DNA of 64,000 nt from Macrostomum hystrix (lineage: Eukaryota; Animalia; Platyhelminthes): positions 3,720,001-3,784,000 of the forward strand of contig CATNEN010000039.1 of NCBI GenBank assembly GCA_950097015.1, read 5' to 3'. A program made the translations under genes and the position numbers. Positions 1 to 12,400 of this stretch are shown here, piece after piece. Within the stretch, counting starts at the first letter, position 1; every line of letters begins with the position of its first letter. The notes under the pieces are model-generated. The model was given only the letters and a program-made list of their open reading frames with translations, ran no database searches and was not told the origin of the DNA.

Positions 1-300
1 GGGATTATCCAAATAATATCCCCCATCAGTTTATCAGCGAAGTTATCTAAATTACCTGAGAAAGCGAATATCCCAATCGGATTATCAATGGGATTATCGG
101 AAGAAGTGAATATCCCGATCGGATTATCAATGGGATTATCGGAAGAAGTGAATATCCCGATCGGATTATCTGAGTAATTGAATATCCTCAACGGATTATC
201 GGTGGGATTACCCAAACAAGTGAATATCACCGATTGGATTATCAGTGGGATTAGCCAAAGAAGTGAATATCCCCAACTGGATTATCAATGGGATCATCAT
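1..300. repeat. Degenerate ~42-bp minisatellite (ggattatcaatgggattatcggaagaagtgaatatcccgatc) in a WDR93 intron
   Basis: Tandem copies visible directly. Confidence 0.8.
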
Positions 301-409
301 TAAAACGAGTAGTATCCACTGGGTCATTAAAATTAGCTGCAGAAGTGAGCTTCCCTTGGATTATCAATCGGAGCTTATGGACAGGATTATCGGACAAACG
401 GTAGCCCAC

Positions 410-3400
410 CTGTAGACCATTTGCCCGTTTGCGTCTCTCCGCTCATCGTCAGCAGCAGGATTTAAGAAGAACACGCGCGCGATCGGCTGCGGATTGGCCG
501 GATTGACGCTGATCACGTGACGCACGAGGCCCAGGCGAAGGTCGTACACAATCAGATTGCCCGACTCGAGACCGATTGCGATTAGCGAGGCGCACTGTGA
601 GGCGGTCAGGCACGTGACTGGAGAGCCGAAAGTCCAAACTGTCTCGGGCCGGAATTCCAGATCTGGCACGTTTTAAAGTACACAAGTAAAAAGTACATTA
701 CTAAGCGTTACGCGACAAAATAAACAACTAAGAGTGAAAGTATACTTTTTGCAGGCCGAAAACTAATAAATGTTAGTATAGAAAAGGTGTCTTGGCTTAC
801 TGCCTGCATTACTAACGGTCAGTAAAATATTGTGCTTCACTGCCTACTGTAAGTAGTCGGATGATGTGAACAGTTCTGCATTTCAAGAGAATCACGAAAT
901 TGTGTTTCAGAACTAATTATCTAACGAAAAAATACTGAAATCTTATCATATAGAAATTTTTTCATTTTCATCATATTTATCATTCTATACTCACATAGAA
1001 AAAAGTTCTAACATCACAAAAAATAAAATATAGATATATATTCATTGGAATCGTGAACACACAGAAAAAACGATAAAGCGTGTTTCCGATAAGGTCTTTC
1101 TTGACTAATCCAACTCTAATCCAAGGCTAATCCTACTTAAATCCAAGGCTAATCCACACTCTAATCCAAGGCTAATCCTACTTTAATCCAAGGCTAATCG
1201 ACACTCTAATCCAAGGCTAATCCTACTTAAATCCAAGGCTAATCCACACTCTAATCCAAGGCTAATCCTACTTAAATCCAAGGCTAATCCAACTCTAAGC
1301 CAAGGCAAATCCATACTCTAATCCAAGGCTAATTCATACACTAATCCAAGGCTAATCCATACTCTAAGCCAAGGCTAGTTAATTACTCTAACCCAAGGCT
1401 AATCCATACTCTAATCCAAGGCAAATCCACACTCTAATCCAAGGCTAATCCTACTTAAATCCAAGGCTAATCCACACTCTAATCCAAGGCTAATCCTACT
1501 TAAATCCAAGGCTAATCCACACTCTAATCCAAGGCTAATCCTACTTAAATCCAAGGCTAGTCCATACTCTATGCCAAGGCTAATCCATACTCTAAGCCAA
1601 GGCTAGTCCATACTCTAAGCCAAGGCTAGTCCATACTCTAAGCCAAGGCTAATCCATACTCTAAGCCAAGGCTAGTCCATACTCTAAGCCAAGGCTAATC
1701 CATACTCTAAGCCAAGGCTAGTCCATACTCTAAGCCAAGGCTAGTCCATACTCTAAGCCAAGGCTAGTCCATACTCTAAGCCAAGGCTAATCCATACTCT
1801 AAGCCAAGGCTAATCCATACTCTAATCCAAGGCTAATCCATACTCATAACTAATATGTCAAGCACATACTAATTCAAGGCTGATACATCATTAAAGCTAA
1901 TTCGTATGCCAATCAAGAGAGGGCATAGAGTTAATTCCACATTCTTGGGTTGCCCAAGTGCCAACCAACCAGCCGTCTGGGATTGCCCAGGTCGGCTAGA
2001 TTTAGCCGAACGAGCCGTCATGATCAGCAGTGAATTTGGCAGCAGCGATCGACTGGACGCCAGCCTCTGCAACGGTCCTTGACGCCCTTCATCAACTCCA
2101 CCGCTGTCCTCTGGTTTGATGTCCGATGATTAGAGTAAAGGGTCATGTTATCGATAGTATGAATCGATATCTGTATTATACTGATCGATATATTTATTAT
2201 ACGGATCGATATCTGTATTATACGGATCGATATCTGTATTATACGGATCGATATCTGTATTATACTGATCGATACCTGTATTATACGGATCGATATCTGT
2301 ATTATACTGATCGATATCAGTATTATACGGATCGATATCTGTATTATACGGATCGATATCTGTATTATACGGATCGATATCTGTATTATACGGATCGATA
2401 TCTGTATTATAAGGATCGATATCTGTATTATACGGATCGATACCAGTATTATACGGATCGATATATTAATTATACGGATCGATATCTGTATTATACGGAT
2501 CGATACCTTAATCATACGGATCGATACCTGAATCATACGGATCGATATCTGTATTATACGGATCGATATCAGTATTATACGGATCGATATATTTATTATA
2601 CGGATCGATATATTTATTATACGGATCGATATCTGTATTATACGGATCGATATCTGTATTATACGGATCGATATCTGTATTATACGGATCGATATCAGTA
2701 TTATACGGATCGATATCAGTATTATACGGATCGTTATATTTATTATACGGATCGATATCTGTATTATACTGATCGATATCTGTATTATACTGATCGATAT
2801 CTGTATTATACGGATCGATACCTGTATTATACTGATCGATATCTGTATTATACGGATCGATACCTGAATCATACGGATCGATATCTGTATTATACGGATC
2901 GATACCTGAATCATACGGATCGATATCTGTATATCTAAATTGGGTGAATTTCTTGACAGATCCTTTTTAAGGATAGACAACGCCTTTAAAAGGCTCATTT
3001 GAATCTGAATAGGTCAAAGCTAGCCCACTAGAATATTGAAAGTACCAATTTAGCTCGAGTTGTGTGCGAACCGAATGGGCTGGGGTTTGCTCAAACTACG
3101 GTCGTATAACTGAAGTACGCAAGGCTTCTAAGCTTATATTATATTAGTCTCCAGTGCAGCTTGTAACAAGCAAACAATGCAGGTTGGCTTGAGTGTTAAC
3201 AATAGGTTTGTGCTTGTGTTCTTGTGCTTGTGCAGCCATTCTAGAGTTTGTATGAGGGACTCTGTCTGAGTCGCTCAAAGTGGCAGTATTTGCTTAGGCG
3301 CTCAATGAATGCAAATTCTAGCAAGCTCTATGAACTGTGAGACGCCTCATCTTTAAAAGCCCCGGCTAAATATCTAAAGAAAAGTTTGGTCGCACTTCAA

Positions 3401-6400
3401 AGAATGCCGTCGACAATGTTCAACCGATTAGCTAGTACCGCTTAAAATGGATTTGGCGCTCAGCTGGACCGCATTATTTTCCTGGCCAAATCTTCCGCCC
3501 AACTTTCTGGCGGGCTTTGACTTCGTCTTGCTGAGCTGCTCATCTTTCGCGCTAAATCCTGCCGATTCAGCCTGATCGCCGGCTGCGTGCGGCAGTGTTG
3601 CGGAGAAGTTTAAAGCCGGGACGATGGCGTTAGCCAATGGGGGAGCTCAAAAGACTTAATTTTAAGGGGGATTATTCTGGATTGGGGTGGTTGTACCAGT
3701 CAGGGTGTGGGGTGGGGTAGCGGAGTGGGGTGGCTGCAGAGAGCAGGGTGTGAGGTGGGGCTGCGGAGTGGGGTGGCTGTAGTGTATGGAATAGGTTGGC
3801 TTGATAGCAGGCGGGGTCGACTGCATAAGAGAGCAAGGTGTGAGCAAATCAGAACTGCATCAGAATTGCAAAGTGTGATGGTTGTAGCTGTCTGGGTTTG
3901 GGGTGGGTTTGCGTAGTGGGGTTTCTGTTGATTACCGGGTGTGATGTGGGATTGTTGGGATTGTGTACTTAGGAGGGCCTAAAGTTTCGTTGCGAAAATC
4001 TGACAATAGTAGAGGGCATTTTCCCTCATCTCTCTTATTCCTCTCAGGAAAGGAAATAAATTCTGGCGATTGCATTTGTTAATTGCTGAAACTATTAAGC
4101 ATATAGCTCGTAAAAATGAAACTTACCTTTTCCAACCTTAAGCAGAGGGTAGATGAGCACTTTGGAATCGCCGGACCAAGCCACGGCGGCGCTAACGCAG
4201 ACATTCTTGTCCATCGTCTGCTCAGTGCCTAGAGTGCGGCCCGGCTTCAGAAATTGCACAGTTGGCAGGCTGGGGTTCAGGAGGGTGGGTGAATTGCGTT
4301 ATGGAGCGGATTCAGATTGTTGGCCAGGCAGATTACCTATCAACCTGGGGGATTACTGATTATCCAGACATATTGCCTGTCATAAATCCTGTTAGCCAGG
4401 AAGATCATCTGTTAGCCAGGAAGATCATCTGTTAGCCAAGAAGATCACCTGTTAGCCAGGAAGATCACCTGTTAGTCAGGAAGATCACCTGTTAGCCAGG
4501 AAGATCACCTGTTAGCCAGGAAGATCACCTGTTAGCCAGGAAGGTCAACTGTTAGCCAGGAAGATCATCTGTTAGCTAGGAAGATCACCTGTTAGCTAGG
4601 AAGATCAACTGTTAGCCAGGAAGATCACCTGTTAGCCAGGAAGATCAACTGTTAGCCTGGAAGATCATCTGTTAGCTAGGAAGATCACCTGTTAGCTAGG
4701 AAGATCAACTGTTAGCCAGGAAGATCACCTGTTAGCTAGGAAGATCAACTGTTAGCTAGGAAGATCAACTGTTAGCTAGGAAGATCACCTGTTAGCTAGG
4801 AAGATTACCTGTTAGCCAGGAAGATCAACTGTTAGCCTGGAAGATCATCTGTTAGCTAGGAAGATCACCTGTTAGCTAGGAAGATCAACTGTTAGCCAGG
4901 AAGATCACCTGTTAGCCAGGAAGATCAACTGTTAGCCTGGAAGATCATCTGTTAGCTAGGAAGATCACCTGTTAGCTAGGAAGATCAACTGTTAGCCAGG
5001 AAGATCACCTGTTAGCTAGGAAGATCAACTGTTAGCTAGGAAGATCAACTGTTAGCTAGGAAGATCACCTGTTAGCTAGGAAGATCAACTGTTAGCCAGG
5101 AAGATCACCTGTTAGCTAGGAAGATCACCTGTTAGCAAGGAAGATCAACTGTTAGCTAGGAAGATCACCTGTTAGCTAGGAAGATCAACTGTTAGCCAGG
5201 AAGATCAACTGTTAGCCAGGGTTACCTGTTAGGCAAAAAGTCTTACGCAATATTTCCAGCCGGTCCGCCATCCGTGTCGGCCAGGTGGCGCAATTCATTC
5301 GGTCTCTCGCGCCGAAAATTGGCCTCCCTCAGGTGCAGGTGAGCCTGGGTCAACAGGTGCCCGTGTCCGCTGCCAACCACCTCCCCGGAGGTGTCAATCA
5401 GCTTGAGGTTTGGGGCGCTGGCGCCAGCGGTCGCCGCTGGAGGCTGCGGCTGGCGAACCCGGAGCACGGTGGTCAGCGGGCTGAGCTTGAGTACGGGGAC
5501 TCGGGCGGCCTCCTCTGAGGCGGTCGGCTGTTTTTTGTGCAAGTTTGGGTGGAGGAGAGAAGCATGTTTAGATTGGATGAGCCAAATAATTTCTGCTGTG
5601 CCTCCGACTGCTTGAATAATAAGAATTGGAAAACTCGTTTAAATGGATTTGAGAATTGAAAACTAATTCGTATTGTATTATTTGTTTTTAGTAATTTTAT
5701 TAGTATTTTCAAAACGACTTGTAGCTCGTATGTAGGTGAATAAGGATGAAAAAGAGAAATGGGTTTTTTCTACAGGTTAGGCTGGTCTAGAGGTCTCATA
5801 TTTAAATAAAGATTTTAAATTATATCATCGAATAAATCCAATTTTCTAGATTTTTTAATAATCAAGGTCATGGTCATCTGATTATTTTCTTTCCCATCTT
5901 CAAGGTCATTTGATAGGGAATTTTCCTATCTTCGGGGTCATGGGATAGGTGGCTTTCCCTTCAACGAAGTCATTTCAAATTTGGCTTTCCATTCTTCAAG
6001 GTCATATTATTGGTGGCTTTCCTATCGTTAAGGTCATTTGATCTGTGGTTTTCCATTCTTCAAGGTCTTATTATTGGTGGCTTTCCTATCGTTAAGGTCA
6101 TTTGATCTGTTGTTTTCCATTCTTCAAGGTCATATTATTGGTGGCTTTCCTATCGTTAAGGTCAATTGATCTGTGGTTTTCCATTCTTCAAGGTCTTATT
6201 ATTGGTGGCTTTCCTATCGTTAAGGTCATTTGATCTGTGGTTTTCCATTCTTCAAGGTCATATTATTGGTGGCTTTCCTATCGTTAAGGTCATTTGATCT
6301 GTGGTTTTCCATTCTTCAAGGTCATATTATTGGTGGCTTTCCTATCGTTAAGGTCATTTGAACTGTGGTTTTCTATTCTTCAAGGTCTTATTATTGGTGG

Positions 6401-9400
6401 CTTTCCTATCGTTAAGGTCATTTGATCTGTTGTTTTCCATTCTTCAAGGTCATATTATTGGTGGCTTTCCTATCGTTAAGGTCATTTGATCTGTGGTTTT
6501 CCATTCTTCAAGGTCATATTATTGGTGGCTTTCCTATCGTTAAGGTCATTTGATCTGTGGTTTTCCATCATCAAGGTCATTTGATCTGTGGTTTTCCATA
6601 TTCAAGGTCATTTGGTAATTAGCTACCAATTCGCAGGGGAGCCTCGGGAATTTCTAGCAAAGCCGGTCGCAGCTGTCTCAGTTACCCGTCTTCTGCTACC
6701 ACGACGCCTCCGAACATCGGCAGCGTTGGCTGCGGACGACGAACGGCGACTGTCGGAGGATTTACCGGGTCCCCCGCCGCCGCCGCTGGCGGATCTGGCG
6801 GAGCGGCGAGCGGAGCCTCGACTGCCGCCGCTGCCTCCGCCTGCGCTGGACCGAATCGAACGCTTTCGGCCGGAGGACCGTCTGGCTTGTCGCTAAATAA
6901 TTATCAGCGTCCAGTTGAATAATTCGACTCTGCTCTAGCTGCATTTGAGCAGGCTTTGAGACAGGCATGTTACCAAAACTTTCGTGTACTCGACAAACTC
7001 GTTTTTGCTCTTTCACGACTCTATTTTCGATTCTGCCGATGCCACAAACACACACACACACACGCTCACACACACACACACACACACACACACGCTCACA
7101 CACACACACACACACGCACACACACACACGCTCACACACACACACACACACGCACACACACACACACACGCACACACACACACGCTCACACACACACACA
7201 CACACACACACACGCTCACACACAGTCACAGAGCAGAACAATATTTTCACATAAATACGGTTACCAAACAAAAACAGTTTAAGTGCAGTCTGAGTAAACG
7301 ACTTTTCCAAAGCTAAACTTGGTCATAGAACTCAGCAGCCAAACTTATTCGCTCCGAAAAGATTTCTAACCAAAAGCAATAATAGGCTTTGTAGAATGAC
7401 GCTTGAGCACACAATTCTTCGGCTCTTGGCGACTTGCTTTGCTGCTCAAAGCTGCTCAAACCGTACCGGTTGCTAAGTTTCATGAACACTTCATCACTCC
7501 ATCAACACAATGTCTGTAATAGAGTAGCTTTGAGCAACTAGAGTAAAGTGAGCAAGTCTACTGAAATAATATTGCTTTAAAAAATTGGTTGCAAAAAAAA
7601 TTGTGACTGGCACTAACTGCTGCTTTAATGAGAGATCTTTTAACAGACTCAAATGCATCCTATACTTATTTCAGCTTCATCAAAGTAGGCCATTGCTCTT
7701 AGGGGGCCGACTATAGAACTGGGCCAGTGTCAACAATGTTTGCAGGAGGGCTGCGGGCAATGGTACATTATCTGGTGACACTAGACCCACAGCCAGTGAA
7801 ATGGCAATTCTGCCAATTTCGCTGACTCCTGAGCACATGCGCACACAGACGCCGTACGCAGGCACACGCTCACACAGGTGTGTACATCTGCCCTGACTTT
7901 CTCATCGTCAGGCAGTGTACATTTCACTGTGCCTTGGAGGTTGGCCCTCAATTGCAAGACAAAACTCCAAGCCTTCTCTCCGCGGCTTCGCCCGAAATAA
8001 ATAAGACCTCGCCGCGGAATCGAGCTCAGGGACCTTGGTCTGAGTGGCAATCGCATTAGACCATATAGAACCTCACCCCCTAGAACTAGGCAAGTAAGTG
8101 TCTATGCAGCACCGACAGTGCGTATGAAAATACAGCTCCACGCAGCAGAGGCGGGCACATTGTGGATCACTGCAATAGCCAGCTTATTTTTCTGGTTATA
8201 AGAACAGAGCAAAAATATGCGAGCACCAAATACCAAATTCGGTGTTCAAACATTAGGAGGGGACAGGGAGGGCAAGGGTCAGCATGAGCGATGAAACCCT
8301 GCTTGCCAGCTGCTCGCAAAGACGAAAGCCAATCTTAGTTGAGTAAGCCTGAGCACAAACCTTTTCTTTCCTCTCCTTCATTTTCTTTCCGTCTGAACGC
8401 AGCTATTCAAGCCTCACTTAGTGGGGCAGGTCGAAATTAATTTAAACCGTTTAAACCCGCGCCAAGATGATTCACACACAGCGGAAAGCGAGGGAACTTT
8501 ACAGACACTGGTAGAATGCCAGAATCTGCTGGAGAACTCAAAGCCTGTAATTAGCGTGTCCGACTGACGAACTGTGAGAACTCATGTGGCTAACAGCAGC
8601 CTACTACCGCCATGTCGCAGGCTGGCAACGCTACGCCGAATATTCCATTAGGATGATCGCCATCACGCTGGCCGGCATCGTCCTGCTGACTGTCCTCGCC
8701 TGGCAGCTGACTCTGGGCGCTGACGACTCCGTCGCGGCCAGTGCCGCAGGGGCTGGCCGGTTGAAATCTACCGAGGCCGGCATGGCGCGGAGCGCCGCCC
8801 AACACACATGGCAGCAGTACCGGCGCCACAGCTGGGGCGCCAACGAGCTGGCGCCGGCGTCCAAGGGTCCCAGCCGCGGCGCCGACAGCCTGGTTGGCAG
8901 CCGGTCCGGACTGACCATTGTGGAAGGCCTGGTCACTCTGCACCTCATGCGACTGGACGAGGAGTACCTACAGGTGCGCTGGTTGGTGGCCATACAAGGG
9001 TTCTGGCAGTCCCAGGATGTACTTCAGAGTGTTGTGACGTTAAGTTCATTCAGAAGCAGTATATTTTCGCAGATTCCATGAAATAACTTATGGGAAATAT
9101 TACCTGCTTCAGCATCATGAATTCTAACTGAGTCTGCTGGGTGAAAACCAACTCCACAGGCTCAGGAGTGGATCGATTCCAGCTTCGACTTCACCAACAC
9201 CACCGCCTCGGTCAGCACAGCCGAGACCAGCGCTCGCCTCCTCGGTGGCCTGCTCTCGGCGTTCAGCATGACGGAGCACCCGCCGTTTCTCTTCAAAGCC
9301 CTGCAGGTCGCCGAGGGCCTTCTGGCGGCCTTCCAGACGCCTTCCGGGCTGCCGGCCTCGCTCGCGGTGCCCTTCCAGGGCCCGACAGCCGCCGGTCGGT

Positions 9401-12400
9401 TGATTCGCCTGGACCAGATGTCTCGGCTGTACCTGGAGTTCGCCTTCCTGCACCGGCTGACGGGGCTGCAGAAGTACGCAGACGCAGCTGCAGGAATTCT
9501 GGAACCGCTGGCGCGGCACATGAAAGCGAAGTCAGCAGCCGCGGCAGACAAGGAAACCGCAGACATCAGCCCCGCAGCCAATGACACCAGCGATAAGGCT
9601 GTCTGGACACCGCCGGCTGTTTGGGATGTGCGCACAGGAGCTCCAACGACTGAGCCCGTTGACAGCTCGCATCAAGCCTCCGGCCTCCTGGCCCTGGTAG
9701 AGGTGGCCATCAAGGCGCACCTGCTGCTGGACGGCGACCGCAGCGCCCTGCAGCTTTTTCGCGGCTTGCTGGCCGGCCGCCTGCGCCTCGAAGCCTGGCT
9801 CAGCTGCCGACCCGGCGTGAAAGAATGCCGCTTCAACCTGACCGCCTGCCGCCTGGTGGAGACTCTTCTGCTCAGCCTGGGCCAGTCCCGAGATCCTATT
9901 GTGCAGCGGGATCTGGCGCATCAGCTGGGGGATCTGTGCCTGTCAGCCATGCAGGTTGGCCACGCTCACTTCGCTGCGCAGCCTGAGCCGGTGCTGGCCG
10001 GCCTGCTGCTGTGGAGTCGGCGCCGTCGAGTGAGCCACCAGCAGCTGCTCGGCCGGGCGCTGCTCTCGATCTCGCAGCAGCTGCAGGAGCCAATCGGCTA
10101 CCAGGGCGTCAGGCGGCGGGTTAGCCCGGACAAGCGCCACCAAGAGCTGCAGCCTGACAGCCTGCAGCCCGGCCACCTGCTTGGCCAAACTCTGAAGTAC
10201 ATCTACATGGCCTTCGAGCCGGAGCGACTGAATTTAATCAGCGGCGACTGGGTGTTCAACACAGCCGGGCAACTGCTGCCCGTGTGCGGCAGCCGCCGAT
10301 TCGACCGACTGCGCCAGGTTGTCCGCGACAACTGGCCGGAGCTGCGGCGCCGCCTGGCCGATCTGGCGCGGCTGACGCTGACGCGGCGACGCGAGCGTCC
10401 GGGCGTCGACTACGACGGCTGGTCGAACGGCGCCAGCAGCTGGGGAGGACCGAATGCCGGGCTGATGTTGGTCGCCGCGGTGGCTGCCTTGATGGCTGCT
10501 TAGATACTGCCACCAGCTTGATACGATTGGACACGGGCTTTACTGTACCGCACAATTTTATTCAGACAGGAAAATCCATAGCACTAATCTTAGCATGCGG
10601 ATCTCATTCACATGCGGCATTTATCCACTAACCCTCACCAAACACCGGCTGTTAAACTCTTGTTTCTCTAATCGACTAACCACTTGAATTGAGTTTAATA
10701 AGTTTCAAACACGCTGTTGGTTTCCTTGGTTTCAGAGCTGCATTAAGCAGCTCTGAACCCTGCTGTGCTCACTGCTAGACAGTGTATGAAGTGGCATTAG
10801 AGATCGCACAGCCATTGAGGCGCTGTAGTGAACAGTTTGATTGCGAACAGAAACTAAACACACGACTAGCAATGCCTTTGTGTTTGTGCCCGTGTCCCGT
10901 GTGAGTCATAACTCATTCATTCTGTGTGAGCCAGCATTGTTTGTCGTAGATAACAAAATACCTACTTTAGCATCGCCTATGTTCTTATAGTAACTCTGTA
11001 CTGAGCCTAAATAAAAGAATACTCACAAGCCCGCAAGATAAGTAAGAATAAATATTTGATTCACGTGGCGAATTGCGGCTATTAACATTGCGGAATAGTC
11101 TGACAGCTAATTCTTTTTATCTTAACCAACTGTGCTCAGTCATGCAGCTCTGAATGTAGAAACTGCAGAGACAACTACCCGCCCAACCCCCATTTTCCGA
11201 ACCAGTGAGGCTCACTGGCTGTCCCGAAAATAAACTAAGTGAGGGGTCGGCAAACTTATTAGCTAGCGGGAAAAAATAGATGCTAAAAGACGACAGCGGG
11301 CCGCATTGACTGTAGAAATATAAGGGAAATATATCATAGATTGGGGAGAGATGAGACGCGGAAGAGATGACACACGAGAGAGGTGAGACACGGGAGAGAT
11401 GACACACGAGAGAGATGACACACGAGAGAGATGACACACGGGAGAGATGAGACGCGGAAGAGATGAGACGCGGAAGAGATGACACACGAGAGAGGTGACA
11501 CACGGGAGAGATGACACACGGGAGAGATGACACACGAGAGAGATGACACACGAGAGAGATGACACACGAGAGAGATGACACACGAGAGAGATGACACACG
11601 GGAGAGATGAGACACGGAAGAGATGAGACGCGGAAGAGATGACACACGAGAGAGATGACACACGGGAGAGATGATACACGAGAGAGATGACACACGGGAG
11701 AGATGACACACGAGAGATGTGACACACGAGAGAGATGACACACGAGAGAGATGACACACGAGAGAGATGACACACGGGAGAGATGAGACGCGGAAGAGAT
11801 GACACACGAGAGAGATGACACACGAGAGAGATGACACACGGGAGAGATGAGACGCGGAAGAGATGAGACGCGGAAGAGATGACACACGAGAGTGGTGACA
11901 CACGAGAGAGATGACACACGGGAGAGATGACACACGAGAGAGGTGAGACACGGCAGAGGTGAGACACGGGAAAGATGACACACGGGAGAGGTGAGACACG
12001 GGAGAGGTGACACACGGGAGAGATGAGACACGGGAGAGGTGAGATATGGGAGAGATGACACACGGGAGAGGTGAGACACGGGAGAGGTGAGACACCGGAG
12101 AGGTGAGACACTGGAGAGGTGAGACATGGGAGAGATGACACACGGGAGAGGTGAGACACGGGAGAGATGAGACACGGGAGAGGTGAGACACGGGAGAGGT
12201 GAGACACGGGAGAGGTGAGACACGGGAGAGGTGAGACACGGGAGAGGTGAGACACGGGAGAGATGAGACAAGGGAAAGATGAAACAGTATACTATAGGTG
12301 TCGGAAGGGCAACGGGCCGGATTTGGAAGCTTTGAGGGCCGCATCTGGCCCGCGGGCCGGAGTTTGCCGACCCCAGCACTAAGTACGATATCTCATAGAT

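Noticed and set aside
2024-2998. 324-aa and 270-aa repetitive ORFs on both strands
   Set aside because: Products of a 21-bp stop-free minisatellite inside a WDR93 intron; no splice or domain support.
3428-3637. 69-aa ORF as an extra WDR93 exon
   Set aside because: Exons 4269-4127 and 662-410 already join in frame with continuous homology; no convincing donor.
6762-7316. His/Thr- and Val/Cys-rich ORFs
   Set aside because: Translation of the (CA)n microsatellite.
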